Shown: positions 55,790-64,000 of the stretch, in pieces
Position numbering within the stretch: position 1 is the first letter of the stretch
Layout of the letters: each line of letters starts with the position of its first letter
Assembly: GCA_965214935.1 (NCBI GenBank)
Contig: CBDCCS010000021.1
Span: 128,001 to 192,000 of the forward strand
From: Candidatus Velthaea sp.
Lineage (GTDB): Bacteria; Vulcanimicrobiota; Vulcanimicrobiia; Vulcanimicrobiales; Vulcanimicrobiaceae
Direction of reading: 5' to 3'
Length of the DNA: 64,000 bases
Notes under the pieces: model-generated
The model's input: the letters and a program-made list of their open reading frames with translations, nothing else
Told to the model about the DNA's origin: nothing
Database searches by the model: none
Position numbers and translations under genes: made by a program

Positions 55790-57226
55790 TCAATCTAGAA
55801 TCCAGGTATCTTTACTGCCGCCGCCCTGCGACGAATTGACGACGAGCGAACCTTCTTGCAAGGCGACGCGCGTCAACGCGCAGGCCGGAACGTCGACATC
55901 TTCGCCATACAGAACGTACGGGCGCAAATCGATATGACGCGGCGCGATCGTGTCGCCGACGATCGTCGGATGACACGACAGCGGAATGATCGGCTGAGCG
56001 ATGAACTCGCGCGGCGTCGCTTCGATCGCCAACCGAAATTTCTCGCGATCGATCTTCGTCGCCGACGGACCCATAAGCATACCGTAACCGCCGGACTGGT
56101 TGGTGTTCTTGACGACGAGTTCATCGAGGTGCGACACCACGTGGCGACGTTGCAGAGCGTCGTTGCAATCGAAGGTCGGCACGTTGGGCAGCACCGGATC
56201 TTCACCCAGATAATACTTGATCATCGCGGGAACGAACGGATAAACCGCTTTGTCGTCGGCGACGCCGCTGCCGATGGCGTTTGCCAGCACGACGTTGCCG
56301 GCGCGGTAGGCGTCCATGAGACCGGCGACACCCAGCGACGAGTCGGCGCGAAAGTACAGTGGATCGAGGAAGTCATCGTCGACCCGGCGGTAGATCACAT
56401 CAACGCGCCGCGTCCCCTTCGTTGTCTTCATGTAGACGACGTTGTCGCGCACGATCAGGTCGTGGCCTTCGACGAGTTCGACGCCCATGCGGCGTGCCAG
56501 CATCGTATGCTCGAAGTATGCCGAATTATAAATGCCCGGCGTCAGCAGCACGATCGTCGGTTCGATATTACCGTACGGTGCGGCGTTGGTCAGCGCGGCG
56601 CGCAGCCGGCGCGGATAGTCGTCGACGGGCCGCGGCTGATAGTGTTCGAATAGCAGCGGAAACGAACGTTTGAGCACGTCCCGATTCTCAAGTACGTACG
56701 AGATGCCCGAGGGCGTTCGCAAGTTGTCTTCGAGGACGTAGTACGTCCCATCGCGGCCGCGAATGAGATCGACGCCCGAAACGTGGATATAAATATCCTT
56801 GGGCAGCTTGAGTCCGATCATCTCGCGCGAATAGAACCGGGATGAGAAGATCAGATCCCACGGTATGACACCGTCGTTAAGGATGCACTGTTTACCGTAC
56901 ACGTCGGCCAGGAACGCGTTGAGCGCATACACACGCTGCTTGATGCCGCGTTTGATGAGCGCCCACTCATCGCCCGGAACGATCCGCGGTATCAAATCGA
57001 AGGGCAAGATGCGCTCGGTTCCGCGCGCATCGGCATAGACGGTAAAGGTAACGCCACGTTGTAACAACACCGCGTTGACCGTCGCAACGCGATGTTGAAA
57101 GTCGCTCCAATCGATCGAACCCAGCGTGCGCGCAAGCCCGGCGTAATGCGAGCGCGGGACACCTAGAGCATCGGCGAACTCATCGTAGAAGTCGACGCGC
57201 GCGTAGCGCTCGAGAAGCGGCTGCAT
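55790..57226 (-). CDS. Circularly permuted type 2 ATP-grasp protein
   Basis: GVTFTVY, PFDLIPR, LEDNLRTPSGISY, NSAYFEH, YRRVDDDFLDP, NSSQGGGSKDTW. Confidence 0.96.
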   Translation of the reverse strand: MQPLLERYARVDFYDEFADALGVPRSHYAGLARTLGSIDWSDFQHRVATVNAVLLQRGVTFTVYADARGTERILPFDLIPRIVPGDEWALIKRGIKQRVYALNAFLADVYGKQCILNDGVIPWDLIFSSRFYSREMIGLKLPKDIYIHVSGVDLIRGRDGTYYVLEDNLRTPSGISYVLENRDVLKRSFPLLFEHYQPRPVDDYPRRLRAALTNAAPYGNIEPTIVLLTPGIYNSAYFEHTMLARRMGVELVEGHDLIVRDNVVYMKTTKGTRRVDVIYRRVDDDFLDPLYFRADSSLGVAGLMDAYRAGNVVLANAIGSGVADDKAVYPFVPAMIKYYLGEDPVLPNVPTFDCNDALQRRHVVSHLDELVVKNTNQSGGYGMLMGPSATKIDREKFRLAIEATPREFIAQPIIPLSCHPTIVGDTIAPRHIDLRPYVLYGEDVDVPACALTRVALQEGSLVVNSSQGGGSKDTWILD

Positions 57227-57308
57227 GGTTCGGGCAACTTCAGCCTAACCGGTGACTTCACTTGGGCCACGTGGCCAACGCGCAACGCAAACCGGGTAGA
57301 GAACTAGC

Positions 57309-57731
57309 ATGGATTCACAAACTGCCCGCCGCTCGTTTGCCATCGGCGTAGCATCCGGACTGCGTTCGATGACCGGCCCGGCCGTTGCGCGTTGGCAGGC
57401 GAACGATCCGCTGCGCTTAGCGTTTGCCGCGCTCGCCGCCGGGGAACTGATCGCCGACAAGTTGCCGGCAACGCCCGCGCGCACCGTCGTGCCGTCCGTC
57501 GTCTTCCGAACTCTGGCGGGGGGCTTCGCCGGGCGTAGCGTCGCCGTTGCGTTGAAAGGCGACGTCGTCCGCGGGGCGATCGCCGGAGCGCTCGGGGCGC
57601 TAGCCGGTACCTACGGCGGTTACTTCTTGCGCACGCAGATCGTACGTGCAACGGCGCTACCGGATTTCGTCGTCGCGATCGTCGAGGACGCAATCGCCGT
57701 TTATGGTTCGCTCGCGGCGGCGCGCGTTTAA
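57309..57731 (+). CDS. DUF4126-like membrane protein
   Basis: [30 protein letters not shown]. Confidence 0.8.
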   Translation: MDSQTARRSFAIGVASGLRSMTGPAVARWQANDPLRLAFAALAAGELIADKLPATPARTVVPSVVFRTLAGGFAGRSVAVALKGDVVRGAIAGALGALAGTYGGYFLRTQIVRATALPDFVVAIVEDAIAVYGSLAAARV

Positions 57732-57868
57732 GGCAGCGATTCATCCACAGCTTCCACAGCTTGCGTGTGGAAGCTAACATGACGTTAACGTCGCTGCGGC
57801 GTGCCCATGTTCGATCGGCCGTCCAACGGATTTCGTGCCGTTCGCTGCGAACGCTATGCGGAGTCGAC

Positions 57869-58997
57869 ATGATCGAGCTCAACGGCGTTCGCGACGCCCT
57901 CGCCACCTTGACGGCAGGCAGCCCGCGTTTCTATCGCGCTCCCGGCCGGCTTAACCTCATCGGCGATCACGTTGACTGCAGCGAAGGCTTCGTGCTGCCG
58001 ATCGCCATCGATCGGATGACGGTCGTTTGCGGCGGCGCCACGGGCGCGACCGTCTCGTCCGGCTGCGTTCGATCGCGCGCAGTGAAATAGCCGAGTTCAG
58101 CTTAGACGACACCGACCCGCTGCCGCGAACCGGCTGGATGGACGATTTCCGCCGCATTGCCGTCGGCTTGGAACGGCGTGGGGTAACGCTGCGCGGCGCC
58201 GATCTCGCGGTTTCGTACCACAATTCCGCAGCAGGCAGGCCTGGCTTCATCGGCGTCGCTCGGGTTGGCCGGAGCACTCGCGCTGCTGGGAACCGCGGGT
58301 GCCGAGATGGCCGTCGAAGCCGTCGTCGAGGTGTGTCGTGAAATCGATGGAGAAGTTGCGCCGATTGCGTCGGCCATGGGCAAGCGCGATCACGCGCTGC
58401 TCATCGATTGCCGCAGCGGCGAAGCAACGACGGTACCCCTGGTGCTCAGCGGTGTTGCAATCGTCGTCTGCGATTCGCACGTCGTGCGCGATCATGCCGC
58501 AATCGAAACGTAAACGCCGCACCGAGTGCGAGGACGCCGCCGACCTTTTACGGACGCACCTGCGCCGCGTAAAAACGCTGCGCGATGTATCGCTTGCCGA
58601 CTTTTTGCGACTCGGTGAAAAACTGCCCGCCACGTTGCGCCGGCGGACGCGGCACGTGGTGACCGAAAATGTTCGCGTTCTGCAAACCGTTGCGGCGATG
58701 CGCGCCGAGGACCCCGTTGCGGTGGGCGGGCGCCTCAATGAATCGCACGATTCGCTGCGCGACGACTATGACGTCAGCGCGCCGGAACTCGACGTGCTCG
58801 TGAGTGCCGCCCGAGCCGTACCCGGCGTTTTCGGCTCGCGGATGACCGGTCGCAGCGGAGCGACCGTTTCGCTCGTGCGGCGCGAAGTGCTGCCCGCGTT
58901 CCGGGCGGCGGTCGCTACCGCGTACCGTTCGGCCTTCGGACGCGAACCGGCAATGCTCGAAGTTCGCGCCGCAGATGGGGCGTCGCTCATCGGTTAA
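57869..58997 (+). pseudogene. galK: Galactokinase pseudogene
   Basis: [49 protein letters not shown] spread over successive frames (at least 3 shifts). Confidence 0.9.
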
Positions 58998-59460
58998 GGC
59001 CAACGGGAGCCCAGGGTGTGTCCTTTGGCTCCGTTTGCGGTTATTTGCCCGGGGTATCATGAAGCTCCACCGCTTGCACGCTCTGAGGGCTTTCATGACG
59101 GACCCCCAACCGATTCACGACGACGCACTCTACGTCGTCCCTCCACGCCTGGGCTGCGACATATCTGCACCCGGCCGCCCGCAGCGTCGCGCCGGAAACC
59201 GGAACGTTCGCCGAGCAGATCTCGACGCAAGCGGTTCGTTTACGCGAAAGCGCCGTTTTGCTCCAAGCGGCACTCGAGAAAATGCGTTTGGCTAACGAGC
59301 GTCTTGCCGCGCGCATGGCCGAACACAAAGCTTTTTTTTGCAAAGTATCAAACGCCGGGGTAGCAACAACGCCTTGCGGCTCGCATGACCGTTGCGGGTT
59401 GTGGCCGATAGGTTGGTGGAACGAGTGTGTCATGATAATGACGCAAACGGATAAACGCTA

Positions 59461-60482
59461 ATGCGCGCCCAGCAACTCGACGCGCCCGGGCCCATCGAAT
59501 CACATCCCCTAACGCTGCGCGATATACCGGTGCCCAAACCCGGCTCGGGCGAAGTGCTCATCAAGGTTACGGCGTGCGGCGTGTGCCGCTCGAATCTGCA
59601 CATGATCGAAGGTGATTGGGTCGCAAACGGCGTGCCGGCGAAATCACCGATCGTGCCCGGCCACGAAGTTGTTGGGCAGATTGCCGAGCTTGGAGCCGGC
59701 GTCGATTGGCTCAAAGTGGGCGATCGCGTCGGCGTACAAACCGCTTTTGGTCGACGTGCGGTCATTGCGAATTCTGTCTAACGGCGCGCGAGCAGCTTTG
59801 CCAAAGTTCCGTCAAGCAAATTACCGGTGAAACCGTCGACGGCGGCTACGCTGAGTACATGCTCGGCTATGCCTTGCACACGTATAAAATTCCCGATTCG
59901 ATCGGCGACGCGGAAGCCGCACCGCTGTTCTGCCCAGGCGTAACGGCATATGGAGCCGTGCACAAAGCGCAATTACAGCCGGGTCAAACGATGGCGCTCT
60001 TCGGCGTCGGCGGCGTCGGGCACATGGTGTTGCAATTTGCAGCGTTGACCGGCGCCGGCATGATCGCCGTTGCGCGCGGTAGCAATCACTTGAAATTAGC
60101 CGAGAAGCTCGGCGCAATGCATACGATCGACTCGAATAAGTACGATGCCGGCGTCGAGCTAAAGAAACATGGCGGCGTCGATGTTGCAATCGTCTTTGCG
60201 CCGTCGACGCCGATGTTGCGTCAAGCGATCGCAGGGACCAAGCCCGGCGGAAAAATTATTGTCGGCACGTTTACCGAGCCGGGGCCGTTCTTTTTTCCTG
60301 ACCAAAAACAGATCATCGGCTCGGTAATCGGTTCGCGCTGGGAGATGGAAGACGTGCTGAAGATCGCAGCGACCGGTAAAGTCAAATCGATGGTTGAGAC
60401 CTATACGCTAGACAAGACGGACGAAGCGCTACGCGCGCTCAAAGCCGGCGAGATCGAAGCGCGCGCGGTCATTACCATGTAA
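59461..60482 (+). pseudogene. Zn-dependent alcohol dehydrogenase, frameshifted (or sequencing error)
   Basis: CGVCRS and GHE..G in one frame; CGHCEFC...C, APLFCPG, GVGGVG in another; junction at 59737-59750. Confidence 0.85.
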
Positions 60483-60605
60483 ACAGCCGACACGCTTGGC
60501 CCGTCGTGCAGCGTGCCGTTGGCCGCCGATCCGACGGGCCCCGTCCGTGCCGATCGTACCGGGAAGCCGCAAGTGCACTACGTGCCGGCGCTCGTTAGAC
60601 GGCCT

Positions 60606-60632
60606 CGAAGCCGGCGTTACTTTGGCCGATAA
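60606..60632 (+). promoter_or_regulatory. Sigma-28-like promoter
   Basis: Perfect GCCGATAA at 60625-60632, weak -35 (CGAA-N15), 7 nt to an in-frame GTG at 60640. Confidence 0.55.
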
Positions 60633-60639
60633 CCCTTAC

Positions 60640-62238
60640 GTGAGGTCGCCGCTCCGACTTACCAATCGACATACGCCGCTTCTGCGCTGCCTGTTCTTCG
60701 CGGCGCTTTGGTTCATGACGATCGGGGCGGCAAACGGCCTTGGCGCCGCTCCGCCAATGCAGATAGCGATCGGGAACGGCATCGTCCGCAGCGACGGCAC
60801 CGTTTATCCCGTGCGCGTGCTTAAAGCAGGCAGTCCGATTATCGTTCTTGCGCCGCCTGCCACCCGACTAGCAAGGCTGACCGTCGACGGCAATGTCGTT
60901 CAAGAGGCCGGTGACGACTACGGTATCGGTTTACAGCCGCTGGGACGCAGTAAAGCAAGCTTGAAATTGAGCGGCTTACGTCCGGGTGCGAAAGTTGCGA
61001 TCTTTTGCACCGGCAAGGCGGGAGCACTGACAGTGGTCGACGATCTTGCACTGCTCGGCACAGCCGAGCTCACCGGCCTGATCACGGGTTGCTACTACAC
61101 GTTTTTGGTTTTAGTGGCGCTCTTCCACATTTTGCAGTGCATCGCGACGCACGACCGCACCAATCTTTGGTACGGCGGCTGGGTACTGAGCATCCTGAGC
61201 ATCGATGTTGTCCGCGACGGCTACTTCGGTACGGGCGGCTTCGTTTTTATTCTTTTTCCAATAACGACGACGGCGATCGTGACGTTCAGCGTTGCCTTCG
61301 TCTCAAGCTATCTACACCTGCGCCGAGAAGCCAAACGCTTATTTTACTACGTCATAATCCTTAGCGCGATAACACTCATCGTGCCGATCGTCGCTTTTCC
61401 GATCGCTCATAACTCAAACGATCTGCGAATAATCTGTGCAGCTACGGGTATTCTCTCGCTGTTTTCCGCCGCGGTGGTTCGCTGGCGCACCGGCTTTCGT
61501 CCGGCGGCACCGCTGGCGATTTGTCTTCTTTGCTTAGCGACACCGTTTTGTATACGCTCGGTCTGCATGTTCATGAACACCCCGCCCGTCCTTACCGAGT
61601 GGGGGATCGAAGCCGGTACGTCGGTCGACTTCGCCGGTTTCACCGTTGCAATTGCGTTGCGCCAGCGCTATGCGCGGCGCGAACGCCAACAGCTCGAGGC
61701 TGCGCTGCAAACCTCGCTCTACGATGCCAATCACGATACGCTCACGAATCTCCTTAACCGCCGTGGCTTCGATGAATGGATCCGAAGCAGCGGCGAAGCG
61801 GTTACGACCATCTTTTTTATCGATCTTGACGGCTTCAAAGCAATAAACGATCGCGGCGGCCATGCGGCCGGCGACGACGTCTTACGCATCGTTAGCCGGA
61901 TCATCGCGCGTAACGTTCGAGAATGCGACGCGGTTGCGCGCGTCGGCGGCGACGAGTTCGTCATCGCGTTTTCAGGCGCCCAGTCCGCGGCTGAGATCGC
62001 GGATCTTCACATGCGCATCGACACCGCGGTGAGTGCGCTCGAACCGCTGGGTTCGCGCGATGAAACGCGCATCGGCGCTTCGATCGGCATCGGCGTCATC
62101 GGCGCGGACCGCTCCGTTGAACAGGCGCTGCGTGCTGCGGATGCCGATGCGTACCGGATCAAATTCGAACGCTCGGCGCGGCGGCGCGATGTATCGACGC
62201 ATGCCGCTCAAAATGCGCGCGCGATCGGCGTTATCTGA
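60640..62238 (+). CDS. Membrane sensor diguanylate cyclase (extracellular domain + 7TM + GGDEF)
   Basis: Signal/TM segment, about 7 TM helices, DTLTNLLNRR, IDLDGFKAIND, RECD I-site, GGDEF. Confidence 0.93.
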   Translation: MRSPLRLTNRHTPLLRCLFFAALWFMTIGAANGLGAAPPMQIAIGNGIVRSDGTVYPVRVLKAGSPIIVLAPPATRLARLTVDGNVVQEAGDDYGIGLQPLGRSKASLKLSGLRPGAKVAIFCTGKAGALTVVDDLALLGTAELTGLITGCYYTFLVLVALFHILQCIATHDRTNLWYGGWVLSILSIDVVRDGYFGTGGFVFILFPITTTAIVTFSVAFVSSYLHLRREAKRLFYYVIILSAITLIVPIVAFPIAHNSNDLRIICAATGILSLFSAAVVRWRTGFRPAAPLAICLLCLATPFCIRSVCMFMNTPPVLTEWGIEAGTSVDFAGFTVAIALRQRYARRERQQLEAALQTSLYDANHDTLTNLLNRRGFDEWIRSSGEAVTTIFFIDLDGFKAINDRGGHAAGDDVLRIVSRIIARNVRECDAVARVGGDEFVIAFSGAQSAAEIADLHMRIDTAVSALEPLGSRDETRIGASIGIGVIGADRSVEQALRAADADAYRIKFERSARRRDVSTHAAQNARAIGVI

Positions 62239-62770
62239 CTTTGTCGACGATGTAGAAGCGGAAGCGTACGTGCTTGCCCGACGCCGGATCGCTCAGCGTC
62301 AACGCCGAGTATCCCGGAGATTTTGCGAGATACGCGCCTTGAACGCCGGACGCATACACCGCATCTTTTGTTTTCACGTCGATGATGTCGGTATTTTGCA
62401 CGCTGTCGACATGCCAAGCGACACCGTCTCGCATCGCGATGGTAATCGTATCACCGAGATGGTAGAAGAGATCACGCTCGGCTTCGTTACTATCGACGGT
62501 GTAGTCGTACGGTGCGAGGTCGCGATCGATATCGCCGAGCATCGCGGTTGCTTGACTATCGCTGTTGGTAATGAGTTTCTGCGTCGCGTCGATTTCGGCA
62601 CGCATGAGAGCGGCGCGGTCCGTCGGCAACAGACCGGCATTGACGTCACCGTCGATCCGTTCACCCAACACGCGCACCATCGTTTGATCCGGCGCGGGGT
62701 CGTACGCCGATACCGCGACCGGCGCCAGCAGCAACATGGCGGCAAAAAGTGCGACCATCGAACGTGTCAT
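62231..62770 (-). CDS. Secreted hypothetical protein
   Basis: Signal peptide; helical N-half and beta-rich C-half. Confidence 0.75.
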   Translation of the reverse strand: MTRSMVALFAAMLLLAPVAVSAYDPAPDQTMVRVLGERIDGDVNAGLLPTDRAALMRAEIDATQKLITNSDSQATAMLGDIDRDLAPYDYTVDSNEAERDLFYHLGDTITIAMRDGVAWHVDSVQNTDIIDVKTKDAVYASGVQGAYLAKSPGYSALTLSDPASGKHVRFRFYIVDKVR

Positions 62771-62849
62771 ATCAGGCTTTACGGCTGCCGCTACGGCGAA
62801 GTTCCCGGCTGCCGCGTCTCGAACGATTGCACGGTCAGCCGAACGATCT

Positions 62850-63224
62850 TCACCCGTCGAATTGGGGCGGTTGTACCGAAGCCCAGCGTTCGACGATCTT
62901 CGGACCCTCGAATCGCCAAATGACGATACCGGTAAAGATCTCTATTCGGCCGCTCGCAGCGTCCGTTCCGCGCCACGTATTGCGGCAAACGACGCGATCG
63001 TGCTCGGCAATGATGTCTTCAACGACGACGTGCAAGTCCGGATATCTGCGATGCATGCCCGCCATCATCGCTTTATCTTCATCGATCCCCACCGTACGAC
63101 GATCGGGCCCGTCGTGGTCGATGAATGTCGCCGCAAAATTACGGTCGGCGGCTTCGACATCCTTACCGTTAACGAACTCGTCAAAGTGTCGGCGCACGAA
63201 TGTTTTCATTTCTTCGGTCGTCAT
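62850..63224 (-). CDS. SnoaL-like/ester cyclase family protein
   Basis: FVRRHFDE, YPDLHVVVEDIIAEHDRV, KIVERW; GAGGGG SD. Confidence 0.9.
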   Translation of the reverse strand: MTTEEMKTFVRRHFDEFVNGKDVEAADRNFAATFIDHDGPDRRTVGIDEDKAMMAGMHRRYPDLHVVVEDIIAEHDRVVCRNTWRGTDAASGRIEIFTGIVIWRFEGPKIVERWASVQPPQFDG

Positions 63225-63421
63225 CGGCCCCTCGTGATCGGAATGGATAGCGGGTAAGCGACATTGCGCGCGATGCTGCGACGACGGGCGTGACCGGCCG
63301 GTCGCGCAGCGCGCTTCCGTCGCCGATCCACTCGATCTCCGTCGGAAGCAAGTGTGCGATGGCGGTATGATACGGTAAAGAGCACCAGCATGCAGCACCC
63401 GATCGATTAGATGGAATGACA

Positions 63422-63457
63422 AGGCCCCGGACGTTCGTCCGAGGCCTCTTTTTATTT
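63422..63457 (+). terminator. Intrinsic terminator hairpin with U-tract on the + strand (possibly bidirectional)
   Basis: AGGCCCCGGAC-gttc-GTCCGAGGCCT then CTTTTTATTT. Confidence 0.75.
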
Positions 63458-63504
63458 CACTCGTTGCGTAGACGTGCTTCGGCACGCCGGCGCTGGAAGT
63501 GAAA

Positions 63505-64000
63505 TTACATCATGTCGTAGCCGCCGCCGCCACCCATGCCGCCCATGCCGCCACCGGCGCCGGCACCAGCCGCCGACTTCGGTTCCGGCTTGTCTGCAAT
63601 GAGCGTCTCGGTCGTGAGAACGAGCGCACCGATCGAAGCTGCGTTTTGCAGCGCCGAGCGCGTCACTTTGAACGGCTCGACGATACCGGACGCAATCATG
63701 TCAACGAGGTCGCCGCTCATCGCGTCGAAGCCGTGACCGATTTGCGCGTTCTTCACGCGATTGACTTCAACCGAGCCCTCGAAGCCCGCATTTTCGGCAA
63801 TCTGGCGAAGCGGCTCTTCGAGTGCGCGCCGGATGATGTCGACGCCGATCTTCTCATCGGGATTCGCGACGGCAACGTCGGTTAAGCCCTTGAGCGCATG
63901 CACCAGCGAGCTGCCGCCGCCGGGGATCATGCCTTCTTGCACGGCCGCGCGGGTCGCCGAGAGAGCGTCTTCGATGCGATGCTTCTTCTCTTTGAGTTCC
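63505..64000 (-). CDS. groL: Chaperonin GroEL, 3' part only
   Basis: [42 protein letters not shown] tail. Confidence 0.99.
   Translation of the reverse strand, partial: ELKEKKHRIEDALSATRAAVQEGMIPGGGSSLVHALKGLTDVAVANPDEKIGVDIIRRALEEPLRQIAENAGFEGSVEVNRVKNAQIGHGFDAMSGDLVDMIASGIVEPFKVTRSALQNAASIGALVLTTETLIADKPEPKSAAGAGAGGGMGGMGGGGGYDMM

Noticed and set aside
57741..57775. DnaA-box-like TCATCCACA/CTTCCACA cluster as an origin
   Set aside because: One near-match only; the rest is better explained as a hairpin AGCTTCCACA/TGTGGAAGCT after the DUF4126-like gene; no dnaA or AT-rich unwinding region
1..64000. Apparent abundance of CGATCG/TCGA as a HIP1-like repeat system
   Set aside because: Not counted; plausibly explained by ATC, GAT and NCG codon usage; needs a Markov-model test
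1..64000. Prophage, IS element, integron, retron or anti-phage island
   Set aside because: No integrase, transposase, reverse transcriptase, phage structural or recognisable defence genes apart from an ordinary vapBC pair

Overview
A GC-rich bacterial chromosomal window. Protein style and the Firmicutes/Actinobacteria-like regulatory elements suggest Ca. Eremiobacterota (Vulcanimicrobiota); this is an inference, not verified. The backbone is housekeeping: vapBC, uvrA, uvrB, prs-rplY-pth, thyX, gltX-glmU, a split B12 acyl-CoA mutase with meaB, tricorn protease, infC-rpmI-rplT, trmH-family gene-yqzL-pheST-cvpA, hsp20-lon and the 3' end of groEL. Accessory genes and decayed genes are interspersed. 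I saw no rRNA, tRNA, CRISPR array, integrase or transposase. The best candidates for undescribed biology are: (i) a MalT-like NTPase/TPR protein ending in an intact HD-GYP domain instead of a LuxR HTH, upstream of a lipoprotein S53 peptidase; (ii) a CP-ATP-grasp/alpha-E/transglutaminase triad with no Anbu gene, followed by a CIRCE-controlled hsp20-lon; (iii) two apparent pseudo-enzymes, one NAGK-like and one M48-like; (iv) a 41-aa ORF wedged between the two mutase subunit genes. Other signals missed by the ORF track are an L20-leader-like RNA, non-canonical starts for infC and pth, several micro-ORFs, and recurrent alternative-sigma promoter motifs positioned for leaderless transcripts. All family assignments come from motif recognition by eye; no searches were run.
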